From Rhizophagus irregularis (Eukaryota): a stretch of 64,000 bases of DNA. Within the stretch, counting starts at the first letter, position 1, and each line of letters begins with the position of its first letter. The notes under the pieces are model-generated. The model had not been told where the DNA came from. It did no database searches and saw only the letters and a program-made list of their open reading frames with translations. The stretch lies in NCBI RefSeq assembly GCF_026210795.1, contig NC_089434.1, positions 5,270,001 through 5,334,000 on the forward strand. Reading direction: 5' to 3'. This document shows positions 53,870-64,000 of this stretch, one piece after another. A program made the translations under genes and the position numbers.

Positions 53870-54660
53870 TAATAAATTATAACTAATGAGCATCATTAGT
53901 TATAATTAAAGAAGTAATTATCATTCAAATTTGAAAACCGCCCATTATAAGTTCGGTTCGACACTTCGACCAAAAATGAACAATACTTGAATCCATTCTT
54001 TCGTAAGGAATGGAATTCAAGAATTTCTGTAAGACAGTTATACACTCCGTCTTTCAAAAAATTGTGATACACACCAGTGGTGATAATTGATCACAAGGTA
54101 CTATGAGCCGGGTTCTCTGTAAGACAGTTCTACACTCTGTCTTTCAGAAAATTGGGATCCACACCAGTAGTGATAATGGATCACGTACTTCTACGAGCCA
54201 GTTTCGCTCATTCCGTCTCTCAGGACGAGTAGTGATAATAGATCATGAGGTTATAGTTCCGCATGAGTTGGTAATGTTTTTTTCTAAAATTTTCCCATAC
54301 GGTATGCTGTATAATATTTTAAATTTTAATTAAAAAAAACTTGAAATGATCCAATATGAAATTCGAAAAGTGATTATTCAATTCAAAACAAGAATAGTGA
54401 TCACTTTACCTCTATTAATTTTTGTAATTAATATTTTAGGGTTTCAACCTGTATTCAAGATAAAAAATACGTTAGTCAAAAAAACAAAATTAGTTATAAT
54501 CAGCAAAAATTGTGTATTTTCTCACCATGTTTTTCAAGAAAAACTGGTGAAGGCGAATTTTACGGAAATATTAAAGGAATTCGTGTGATTTAAATGGAAA
54601 AATGAATTTTTTTTTTTTAATTTTCGAATCTTTCAATTAAGCCCCAAACCTGTTTATATG
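53870..54660 (-). ncRNA. Candidate spliced multi-hairpin non-coding RNA gene, copy B
   Basis: CATATAAACAGGTT on the minus strand from 54660. Introns 54525-54449 (GTGAG...GACTAAC...CAG) and 54409-54307. The last exon has a 90-bp duplicated two-hairpin unit plus hairpins at ~53987-54021 and 53875-53907. Confidence 0.55.
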
Positions 54661-55519
54661 ACATATAAATCAGCAAAATAATAAGCCATTTTATAATATT
54701 TCATTGTGAAAAAGGATGGCTCATGTAATGCTTATGTTTGCTTATCCGCGTCTAAGGGAAATTCAATTATATTGTAGTAAATGAGCTCGTGTGAAGTTTT
54801 TTATCTCTCAATTTGTAAATATAGAGGTAGTAATGGAAATTCTGATATTAACTTGAAAGAAATAAATCATTGAGGCTGCAGGACGTATATTGGCGAATAA
54901 AAGAAAGTTCAAGATAATCAAAGACGGGTTCAAAAACAATAAACAACAATAGCCATAAATAGTAGTACATTGACGCATCAACTGTTAATTTAGCCACCAC
55001 AAATTGGTGCGATTATTTGTTTATTTGTTAGTCGATCAGATACATAAGTGATAAACTAACAATAACGCTAATCGCTGTACTATATCCCGTTTTGTTTAAT
55101 CATATAGAACAAAACTCTGGCCAATTATATTAATGCCAAACGGAATTATGATCACATCACTAAACTATTTCTAGCAATTTTAATTTAGGTACAGCACAAA
55201 AAACAAGCGATTCTTAAAAATAAATAAAGGTGATTTAGATTTATTTCATCTTTTTATTCTCTAACAATGTCTTCCATTTTATCTATTTTATCTGACACTA
55301 ATTCACTAAATTCAAGCTATCTTTCTATTAATCTCTTTTTTTGTTTCAACATAGTAAAAATAAATTAAAAGATTTGTCTGTTACGCCATGTTATGGCTAT
55401 GCCATTTATTACGTAATATCCATTCATTATAATTAATAAAGTATAATTTTAAAAAAGCCAATGTATAACATTAATAAACAAATAAAACAACATTTAAAGC
55501 TTAGTAATGATCTTATCAT

Positions 55520-56420
55520 ACGAGAAATAATATTTGATCTAATCGTATAATATGGTTCCATCTAAAAATTAATCCAACTTGGTGTGCAAATGTCCTGTAT
55601 TTTCTTATTCCCAAATCCATCTAATTAAATTTTAAATAATATTAAACTTTAACATTACTTCCTTTTATCCATGGTTTAACCAAGTAATAAAATTAAAAAG
55701 GCCTGTTGTGCGGCCTTAAATAATTGCTCCTTTCTTAGATGATTTAAAATTTTAAATCTAATCATTGAGTTTCCTTAAAATCTTGTAACGACAATACCTA
55801 AAAAAAAAGATGATAAACCCGATTCCTATCTTCAATAATAAATGCTGAAAAAATATAGCATGTAAAATTTAATTCTTACCAAAGAGGTTTTTTTGTGATT
55901 TCTTTTTTATTTTAACTTTAGGATTTTTATACCTAGTCCTGTCCTTCTATAATAATCTTTCTGATCTATCATTATCTTCCGATCTTTTTTTCCGTTCTTA
56001 TTGATTTTGGCGCTATATAATTACAAATAAAAGTTTCTGTATAGCTAAAGTTGGACGAGGAATTCATAGTCAGAAAAGGATATAATATAATGATTTAACT
56101 TGATGATGAACAAGAAAATTTTAATAATAAACCTTATAACGATCTTATAATCCTTCTTTTAAAGCAAGAATAGCACCTATTAAAAAACAAATAAATAAAA
56201 TAAATAAATAAATAAATTTTAATAGAAAATTCTTACTATAAAAAATGCACAATATGAACAATTTACGCGTTTTATAAATTCTTCTAACGCTTCAATTAAA
56301 ACAATAACACAATAACTTCATATTTACCTCTAATTTCGAAGAAAAAAGCAATACTTTCTTATTCGAATATTCTTGAACAACTGTACCAGTTAAAGTCAAG
56401 CAAGGTTCTGACATGTTCTA
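55520..56420 (-). pseudogene. Heavily decayed multi-exon gene, possibly a UvrD/FBH1-like helicase
   Basis: Remnant minus-strand splice sites and fragments FIIEDRNRVY and GAII.GRTTGLF loosely resemble SF1A helicase motifs. Confidence 0.25.
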
Positions 56421-57575
56421 CAAAACAATCATCCTCTTCATGAAAGTAATGTATTTATTAATGAACAGCTTTTATGAGAGTAATAAAACTATTTCCTAAA
56501 ATCTTATTGTAGAGGGAATTAATGATCATATGCTTGTCCTGGGAATAAAATTGGTTTTCTCTCTTATCAAGAAAATAGAGTATGTTGCTAGAACATTCAG
56601 TGAGTAAAGACATGATTTTTTTTAAAAAAATAGGAAGAAAAATGTACAAAATTTGAGTTGACAGTTGACGCACGAGTCGTGATTGTTGATATCAAAGGTT
56701 GTGGCGTAAGAGACTAAGAGAACATGCCCATAGTTAGAATTTCGATGATGATGTGCTGTATGGCATATTCAACAATAATTAAAACTATATAATTCGATCA
56801 TAACTTAAACTTCAAATCCTGTTTCCATAGAACATAATATTAGGACACATAATATTAAGTACATTAAAAAAAACTTGAAGAAAAAAAAGATCTAACACAA
56901 CTTCTCTTACATTATTATTATCAAAATATGTATGAAATTTTGAGCCTGTTGTTATGATCGATAACACTAAAAACTCTTCCAACCAATCTTCTGGTGGGAG
57001 ACGACAACCAAAGAAAGCCAAGGTTACGACAGAACCTTATACGCTTCAAAAACCAGTTCAACCGTCTACGGCTAACTTGACGAAAGTATTGTTAAAGACT
57101 TATTTTGTTTTTAATCTGCAGTGGTGAATTTTTATAAAATTGGACAATTGATTATTAATATCGATGAAAACAGCTTGGTGAAATGATAAAATAATTAAAC
57201 TGTACGGTATAATTACAAGATTTAATTTTCGTCTTCACGGCCAATTCTCAATAAGACGTTCTTTGTCTTCTCGTATCTCGATATATAAATGCCTTCTATA
57301 TGTTACTGATGTTAATTTAATTTTTTACAAGATAATAAGGGTTGGATTGGTAAATACTCGAATATCATTGTTGGTTGTTGATTCAACATATCTAATACCA
57401 CAAAAAGAAAAGGCCATTAAGGAACCTTAATGTTAATACATAGATTGCAAGAAATTTACAAGAAAATATAAAAAGTATACGAAAATAGCCACTAACGTGT
57501 TGAATTATTAAACAAAAGTGATTTTTTTTTCAGCAATTGTTAAGAAGGAAGGACTACATCAAAAGATAAAAGTGC

Positions 57576-57669
57576 TTAGCCTTAGGAGAAATTTACCGCC
57601 CATTTTAAGCTGCAATCCCAAACAACTTGACTCTTAGAAAGCGTATCGTAGAGCACAATGATCAACCGG
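57576..57669 (-). rRNA. Orphan ~95-bp fragment of nuclear LSU (25-28S) rDNA, near D1; non-functional
   Basis: Minus strand reads GATACGCTTTCTAAGAGTCAAGTTGTTTGGGATTGCAGCTTAAAATGGGCGGTAAATTTCTCCTAAGGCTAA, matching the conserved fungal LSU segment GAGTCGAGTTGTTTGGGA.TGCAGCTC.AAATGGG.GGTAAATT.C..CTAA.GCTAA. Flanks are not rDNA. Confidence 0.88.
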
Positions 57670-58319
57670 AGCATAATTAACACCTAGAGTTATCCAGCTA
57701 AACGAGACTCAATGATACTCAAAGGTTTTTCTAACCAAAAATACTAAGAGAATGAGCTCGAAATGGTACATTAATTGAAAGCGACAATAAAAAAAAAAAG
57801 ATATAATGATTACTATACCTTTAAACCAAATATGTTTTCATAATTTTGCATTTTTTTTTTTATCTTCCAATACAAAAAGTTGTATTATTTTAGACAGAAA
57901 ATTCAATTAAGTAGATCTCCCACAGTTTTCCTACTTTTATAATAATATATTTCTACACACATAATGTATTTCTACATACAAACGTTCTGATTAGAGTCTT
58001 ATAATCATAATAAATAAACATTATTTATACTAGTCGAAATTATTAGAAGTATTTAGGTACAGCTACTTTACCAGAAGAACTTACGGCAAATATTAAAATC
58101 GTAATTGATAAAAAAGTTGTACGACCAAGTTCGCCCAAATTAGAAACTTGTTTGGAATTCATCTACAGGCAATCTCATCGATCTTTGATAAACCGGATTT
58201 GGCACTATTTCGGATTTTTCTTCTGGAACCAAAATCTATACTATATTAAAAAAATCTTGATCATATTATTTCGACAATCATTTAGACATTTTTTTTTTCT
58301 CCGTTTAAACTACTTTAGC

Positions 58320-59600
58320 ATGAGAAAAAACATAAAAAGAAATCTAAATTAACTCAAAAGAAAGAACTTTGTGAAAAAGCGACACAATATGGAATTTTTA
58401 CTAGTATAGTTTCTGATATTTTAAAAAGATCAGAACATTGGCTTTCCATTGATACTACCTTACCAAATGCAAATAATTTTCGAGTATTTATCCAGAAGTA
58501 ACGAGCATTTGGGTTGATCAGAAAATTTCAGGAAATTTAACTATTAATGGACCCATTATCCAACAGAGTGTGCTAATTTACTTGACATCAATAACTTTTC
58601 AGCATTTGCATGATGATTATATAACTTTAAACAGAGAAATAATTTACATACATTTAAATTTAGAGGAGAATCTGGCTGGTTTCCAATTGATGAATTTCTA
58701 CGAACGAGAACTGAATTACAAGAAATTTTTCGACTATGAGTTTAGAGACATTTGGAATTGTGATGAAACTGCGTTTAGGATCATGTAAAACAATAGCACA
58801 TGATCCTTTACTTTGTAAAAAACGTCCTAAAGAACGTGTTAGCATTCTGGCAACTTGTAATACTTCTGGTTAAAGGGATTGAAAAAAAATCTCTTTCTGT
58901 CTGATACTATTAGAATTCAAAAGCTTGGATGTTTCCACCTAATATAATATCACTTCTTCAACCATTAGATTAAAGTATTATTTATAGGTTAAAAACACAA
59001 TATCAAAAATTGCTATGTAATTAAGGCTATGATCCTTATGAAGAAGGTGATCCAATTCCACCTCCAATTGGAAAATAGTATATAAAAAAAACGATTTTTA
59101 ACAGTTGGCTAAAATTGGAATCCTTCCCAATAATAACATTCCCCGGAAAGACTTTTTTCCGCGATATTAAAATTTTCAAATACTTATAAGACATTTAGAT
59201 TGTCGTATATTATTATCATATATGAGCGACATATGTATGTGCGAAAATCCCTGTCATCTCGGTAGAAACTTCACTTCGTGAATTAAAAAATCTTAAAAGA
59301 ATTAAATTTCATAGTCGTCTGGAGAAAAAACTTTGGATAATAAATGTCATGGAAGATTCTAAATGTTCTTCAAATAATTCTGACTGTGAAGAAGATATTA
59401 GACATGAATTACAATTATTGATTGATATTGATTGATGAGTTAGAGTTCACAGATCCTTTATCTGTAAATGACTATGAAATTTCTACAATAGTTGCATCAG
59501 ATAACATTGAAAATGTAATCAAATATCGATATATTCAACAAAAAGAAATGAAAAATTTAATAATTAAATTGAAAAAAGGATCTTTTTAATAATATAAACA
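58320..59600 (+). pseudogene. Decayed pogo/Tigger (CENP-B HTH + DDE_1) transposase
   Basis: QKKELCEK, QYGI.TS.VSDILK, DIWNCDETAF, KRPKERVSILATCNTSG, NSKAWM and PPNITSLLQPLD, in order, with many indels. Confidence 0.85.
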
Positions 59601-59819
59601 GAATAAAGCAAAGTGAATTAACCATATTAGTTTTATTTTTTATAAAAAAAAATGAATATAAATTGAATATGTACGAAAGTTTTATTTTCTTATAAAAAAA
59701 AAATGAATAATTGAATATGTATGATACAAGGTTTATTTTTTATAAAAAAAAATGAATAATTGAATATGTTACAAAGTTCTAATATCATCTATTCTAATCT
59801 AAATCTAAAATCTAATAAA

Positions 59820-60744
59820 ATCTAATAAAAATATTTAAAATTATAATAATATCAATCATTCTGTATCGTAAAGCAAACTATTTTATTTTCTACGAGAATA
59901 TCATTTTGTTTTTCCCTACGGTACAAAATGAATGAATTTGGTGGGCGAGCAGTTCTTTGCTCGTCTCACCTACCTCCACTGTTCAGTACCGTAAAGCAAA
60001 ATTCTAAATAAATAAATCTAAATAACCTTTTGTTTTGCTTTACGGTACCAAATCAAGGCCGAATGGTTTTTTACCTGTTTTACTAGAGTTTATTGGTAGG
60101 TATTGTTTGAAACCGTTTCTTGAACCGGTTCAAACATATCATAAGGAAATCTAGATAGATATCCTTATATTGTGAAGTTTGATATATATCATATGACATA
60201 TAATCATCACATGATATATATTCATAATATGAAATTCCATATTGGATCATCATTAAAAATAAGTTGTTCTGACAAAGGATTTGCATAAAAGCAAAAGGAA
60301 TTGTCGATCAGCGAATTTTTTGCAGAACTTTTGATGTCAAATGATGATGGAATTTCAACTGTAAAATAATTAAAAAAAAAAATTAGCATAAATTGAAATT
60401 TGAAAATGATTAATTCATAACAGGTTTAATGATTAAATATATACCTATATAATAATTCTATAATAATTTCGTTAATACTTAATGTATATTACAATTTTAT
60501 TTTTAAACCTGTTATCAAAAAATTTAAAAAATACGTTAGTTAAAAATCAAAATTAGTTATAACTTATAATGATAAATATAATTTTATCCATTTTCTTACC
60601 AGGAAGAACTTGTAAAAAAAGTATATGAAAAAGATTAGAAAAATGTGTATAATGTGTAATAAGTTTGATATAAAATTATAGATAGGTTTTATTTTAGTAT
60701 AGGTTTTTTTAATGACAGTAGATAAAACCCAACCTGTTTATATA
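59820..60744 (-). ncRNA. Candidate spliced multi-hairpin non-coding RNA gene, copy C
   Basis: TATATAAACAGGTT on the minus strand from 60744. Introns 60599-60509 (GTAAG...AACTAAC...CAG) and 60444-60359. The last exon is an almost continuous run of hairpins from 60357 to 59856. Confidence 0.6.
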
Positions 60745-61097
60745 ACAAATGAATTGACTGCGATAAACTATTTTTAGAATCTCTTTGTGAAAGGGGGGAC
60801 TTATATCCGGTATAATCTTTTTATCTTTTTAGAAAACAAGCTTGTGTGAAGCTAAATATGGAAATAGGATTAGGATAAACCTGGAGAAATGACTGTAGAA
60901 CTTTAACATTGATGAATAAAAAAAAAGTAAAAAATCGGCGTCTCTATTTTTTTCAAAAAAAAATTTCTTTAAAATTCCAAGTAAATTTACTAGAGCGAGA
61001 TATGGTCGCATGTAAAGAAATTATACTCATCTTTAAACTTGATTGAATTCCAACTCAAGTTATAGAAATTGAAGTTATCTTTGATTACATGTGATAT

Positions 61098-61392
61098 CAC
61101 TGGTCAAAAACCAATATATCGGGTAGCAGATATGTATCAGATATGTACCCGATATGTGTAGTATTAATGCAGAAAATCGGGTACCTGATATGTGTAAGAT
61201 ATATGTAAATATATATATCATATACATATCGGGTACCGATATGTATATGATATGTAAATGATATGTAGACGATATATATATTTACACATATCTTATACAT
61301 ATCGGGTACCCGATTTTCTGCATTAATACTACACATATTGGGTACATATCTGATACATATCTGCTACCCGATATATTGGTTTTTGACCAGTG
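61098..61392. mobile_element. Fold-back MITE with CACTG termini (CACTA superfamily), 295 bp
   Basis: Near-perfect inverted arms of >100 bp starting CACTGGTCAAAAACCAATATATCGGGTAGCAG; 3-bp TSD TAT at 61095-61097 and 61393-61395. Confidence 0.93.
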
Positions 61393-61549
61393 TATCGTTT
61401 GCAATAATAATTATTTGATACAATTAATATAAATAATAAGTACCTCATCAGTCTAACGACATATTTTTAGAAACAACTTTTAGTTGTAGTCACGTGATTA
61501 TGATTATCTATCAATATAATAAATATGGAAATGATAATACCAAAGTGTC

Positions 61550-62037
61550 AGGGGTCGTGGCTGACCTAGTGCACTGGCATGGTGTACCCCTCCTATGATT
61601 GTCTAAGACAGGAATGGAGGACGCAGGTTCGATCTGTCCAGCCAACGGATGCTCTATGAATTATACTGCGTGGGCCTATACCATAGGCCTAGAAGGTGTA
61701 GATCGTAGCCCTAGTGGTGGGAAAGTGCATAGATCATGGTATCACACTGACTTCGGTCACAATCGTGGTATCAACCAATGGTAGACTACCTCAGAAGTCG
61801 ACACCCAGGGGGAGTAATCCTATCCTGGGCTACCAATCTGTTCTTTGGTTTCTTTGGGATTGGTGTTGCAATTGGGACCCACCCTTGTTTCGTTTTTTGT
61901 ACCAGAGTGACGCCGTCCTCGGACGGTTTGATTATAGCATAGTATTAGATAGCGTTTGACTTTTGTTTTATCTTTTGTTTTTGTCTATCTTTCTGTAATC
62001 TAGTTCACGTGGATTTAAAAATAAAAATAAAAATAAA
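61550..62037 (+). mobile_element. tRNA-derived SINE-like retroposon, ~488 bp
   Basis: Perfect 16-bp TSD ATAATACCAAAGTGTC at 61534-61549 and 62038-62053. A-box-like TGGCTGACCTAG at ~61558 and B-box GGTTCGATC at 61626. GC-rich body, T-rich 3' region and a (TAAAAA)n tail. Confidence 0.85.
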
Positions 62038-62444
62038 ATAATACCAAAGTGTCGGTATCATATATCACATTTAGCAAAATGTATTACAAAATATGATTAA
62101 TACCAAATCTTATTTTTTGATGAATTTTCCAGGAAATCTAGAAAAATCTTTTAAAATTTAGTTCTTTTACTATCGTCACTAAATTATGCTAAAATTTTTT
62201 GTCTAAACATTAAAAAATTAAGATGACGAAAACACGATATAATGATTTTAGATGGGAAGGAATAGTACTTTATGGAATATTATTAGAACGGGACTTATCT
62301 ACCCACTTTCAGTATCTTGGAACAATTAGTCTAACACATTTGGCATTAACATCTAAACCCATGATCATGAGGATGTTAAACAAATATAATAAAACGAATT
62401 TTAAACGAATATAAGGATTCCTCAATTCCTTGGATTGTCCCAAC

Positions 62445-63719
62445 TAGAGTTTAGAACCGGTTCTATTTTCGAAAACCGAATTTAAAACGGGCGCAACCGG
62501 TTCAATCCGTTTCAAACCGATTTTGCAAAACCTGAATAACCGATTCGTATATATTTGATGATTCTGGCCAGAATTAAATGTGATCGGCATAAATCCTGCC
62601 AAGTTATAATTCCAGCCGGAATTACATCCCTTGTGTAACACAGTTCGAAATTTTGTGGGACACAAATATCTATAATAAAATTTTGTGTAACATAACTTAC
62701 CCAGTGGCTAAACTATTTAGCCGTAGTCACGTGATTTAAATTTCGTAATTCGGGCCAGCACTATAAAGTTTCAAATATAAATTTTATAATTATTTCTTAT
62801 TATTTTATATTACGTCAATTTTAAACTTATAATCAACTTAGGAAAAATATTTGAACAATTAAATATATTAGAAATCTGTTCATTTCATTTATTATTATTT
62901 TTTTGACACTCATTTTATTCGATAAATTATCAATTTAACTAAACCATTTGAATTAAAATTTTTATTCAAAAATCTGGTGATTATTTAGAGAATTTCGAAT
63001 ATGGATTTGGTTATAATAGTCTATTATTAAATCAATAATTTCTTTAATTAATTAATTGTAAAATATTGTAAAAATATCAATTTTTTTTGATTTTTATGAA
63101 TTTGAAAATCAAACTTGAAAATCTTAATCATCTTTCTACATGTTGTTATAAAAAAAATTGAAAGAAAAAAAAATTAAAAATAAATTTGGGGGAAAGAAAA
63201 AGGATAAAGAAAGGAATTGGTTCAAAAAAAAGGGAAATTTCCAAAAAAAAAAGGAATCTGAAAAAAAATAAGTACCGAAAAAAATTCTGAAAAAAAAGGA
63301 CAATAATTCAAAAAAAAAAATATATTTTTCAGTTTGAGAAAAAAAATTAAACCTAAACGGGAAAAGAATGAGAAAAAACAAATTTTTTGGTTTGAAAAAA
63401 AACTAAACTGAAAGAAGAAAGGAAGAAAATTTTTTTTTCAGTTTAAAAAAAAAACGAAAAATTTAAAATTATTAATCAAAAAAAAAAATTCTAAAATTTC
63501 ATTAACTGAAATTGTATTAGTTGATTGGGAATAAATAGATCAGGTGGAGGTATGTCATCATTCACAAAAATTAAAAATCGGTTTTGATCGGTTTGATTAA
63601 TCGGTTTAAACCGGTTTGAATATAACCGGTTAACTGAATCGTAAACCGGTTAAATTTCGAATTGGTTAAACCCGGTTATAAATCCGATAACCGATTCTGG
63701 TTCTAACTTCTAACCTCTA
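62445..63719. mobile_element. Non-autonomous hAT element, 1275 bp
   Basis: TIR TAGAG(T/G)TTAGAA; perfect 8-bp TSD GTCCCAAC at 62437-62444 and 63720-63727; clustered AACCGG/AACCGA subterminal motifs at both ends; no transposase. Confidence 0.9.
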
Positions 63720-64000
63720 GTCCCAACTTCAAGGAAAATCTGGATCAGGGGATTCCCGCATATAATGAGTTACACATATAATGAGTTGCAGAAGTTTTGC
63801 CAAAGGAAGCATTGTGACCTTGTCCATACCGATCTTTGAATAAAATATTACAATGGGCGAGTGCGTGAATGGGGAGAAGACGAAGAGAGTAAAGGCCACA
63901 AATGCTTTTATAATATTTTCTTCTAGATACGGTGAAACAATCCAGAATACGTGAAATTAACAAATAATAAATGAATTGAGATTTTTTACGCCTTTTTTTT

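Noticed and set aside
61097..61336. 79-aa ORF
   Set aside because: By-product of the palindromic MITE.
63136..63381. Phe-rich 81-aa ORF
   Set aside because: Translation of poly-T low-complexity sequence inside the hAT element.
1..64000. A single giant mobile element (Starship, Polinton or viral insertion) spanning the window
   Set aside because: No tyrosine recombinase, protein-primed polymerase, integrase or capsid gene was recognised; the content is explained by independent insertions.

Overview
AT-rich eukaryotic DNA with short GT-AG introns. The gene and transposon families and an LSU rDNA fragment point to an arbuscular mycorrhizal fungus (Glomeromycota); this is inference. Most of the window is transposons and decayed genes: a complete CACTG-ended CACTA/EnSpm element (8827-15283, TTA TSD) with two divergently transcribed genes, a matching fold-back MITE (61098-61392), a Tc1 DD34E element, two non-autonomous hAT elements with perfect 8-bp TSDs, a tRNA-type SINE with a 16-bp TSD, and pogo, PIF1/Helitron-like, LINE and kinase remnants. 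One gene is intact by manual splicing: a 7-exon TRP-like channel whose tail carries tandem DPF/NPF repeats. A multi-exon PD-(D/E)xK nuclease-fold gene and a 5-exon hypothetical gene are also present. The most interesting signal is at 52-61 kb. Three paralogous cassettes share a promoter block, a TATA motif (ATATAAACAGGTT) and two 5' introns, then run into divergent last exons with no convincing ORF but many hairpins. The G-U pairs in those hairpins favour the predicted transcribed strand, and two hairpins share a conserved 19-nt 3' arm. They are candidate spliced, polycistronic microRNA-like precursor genes. All coordinates, translations and pairings were worked out by eye; no database search or folding program was run.
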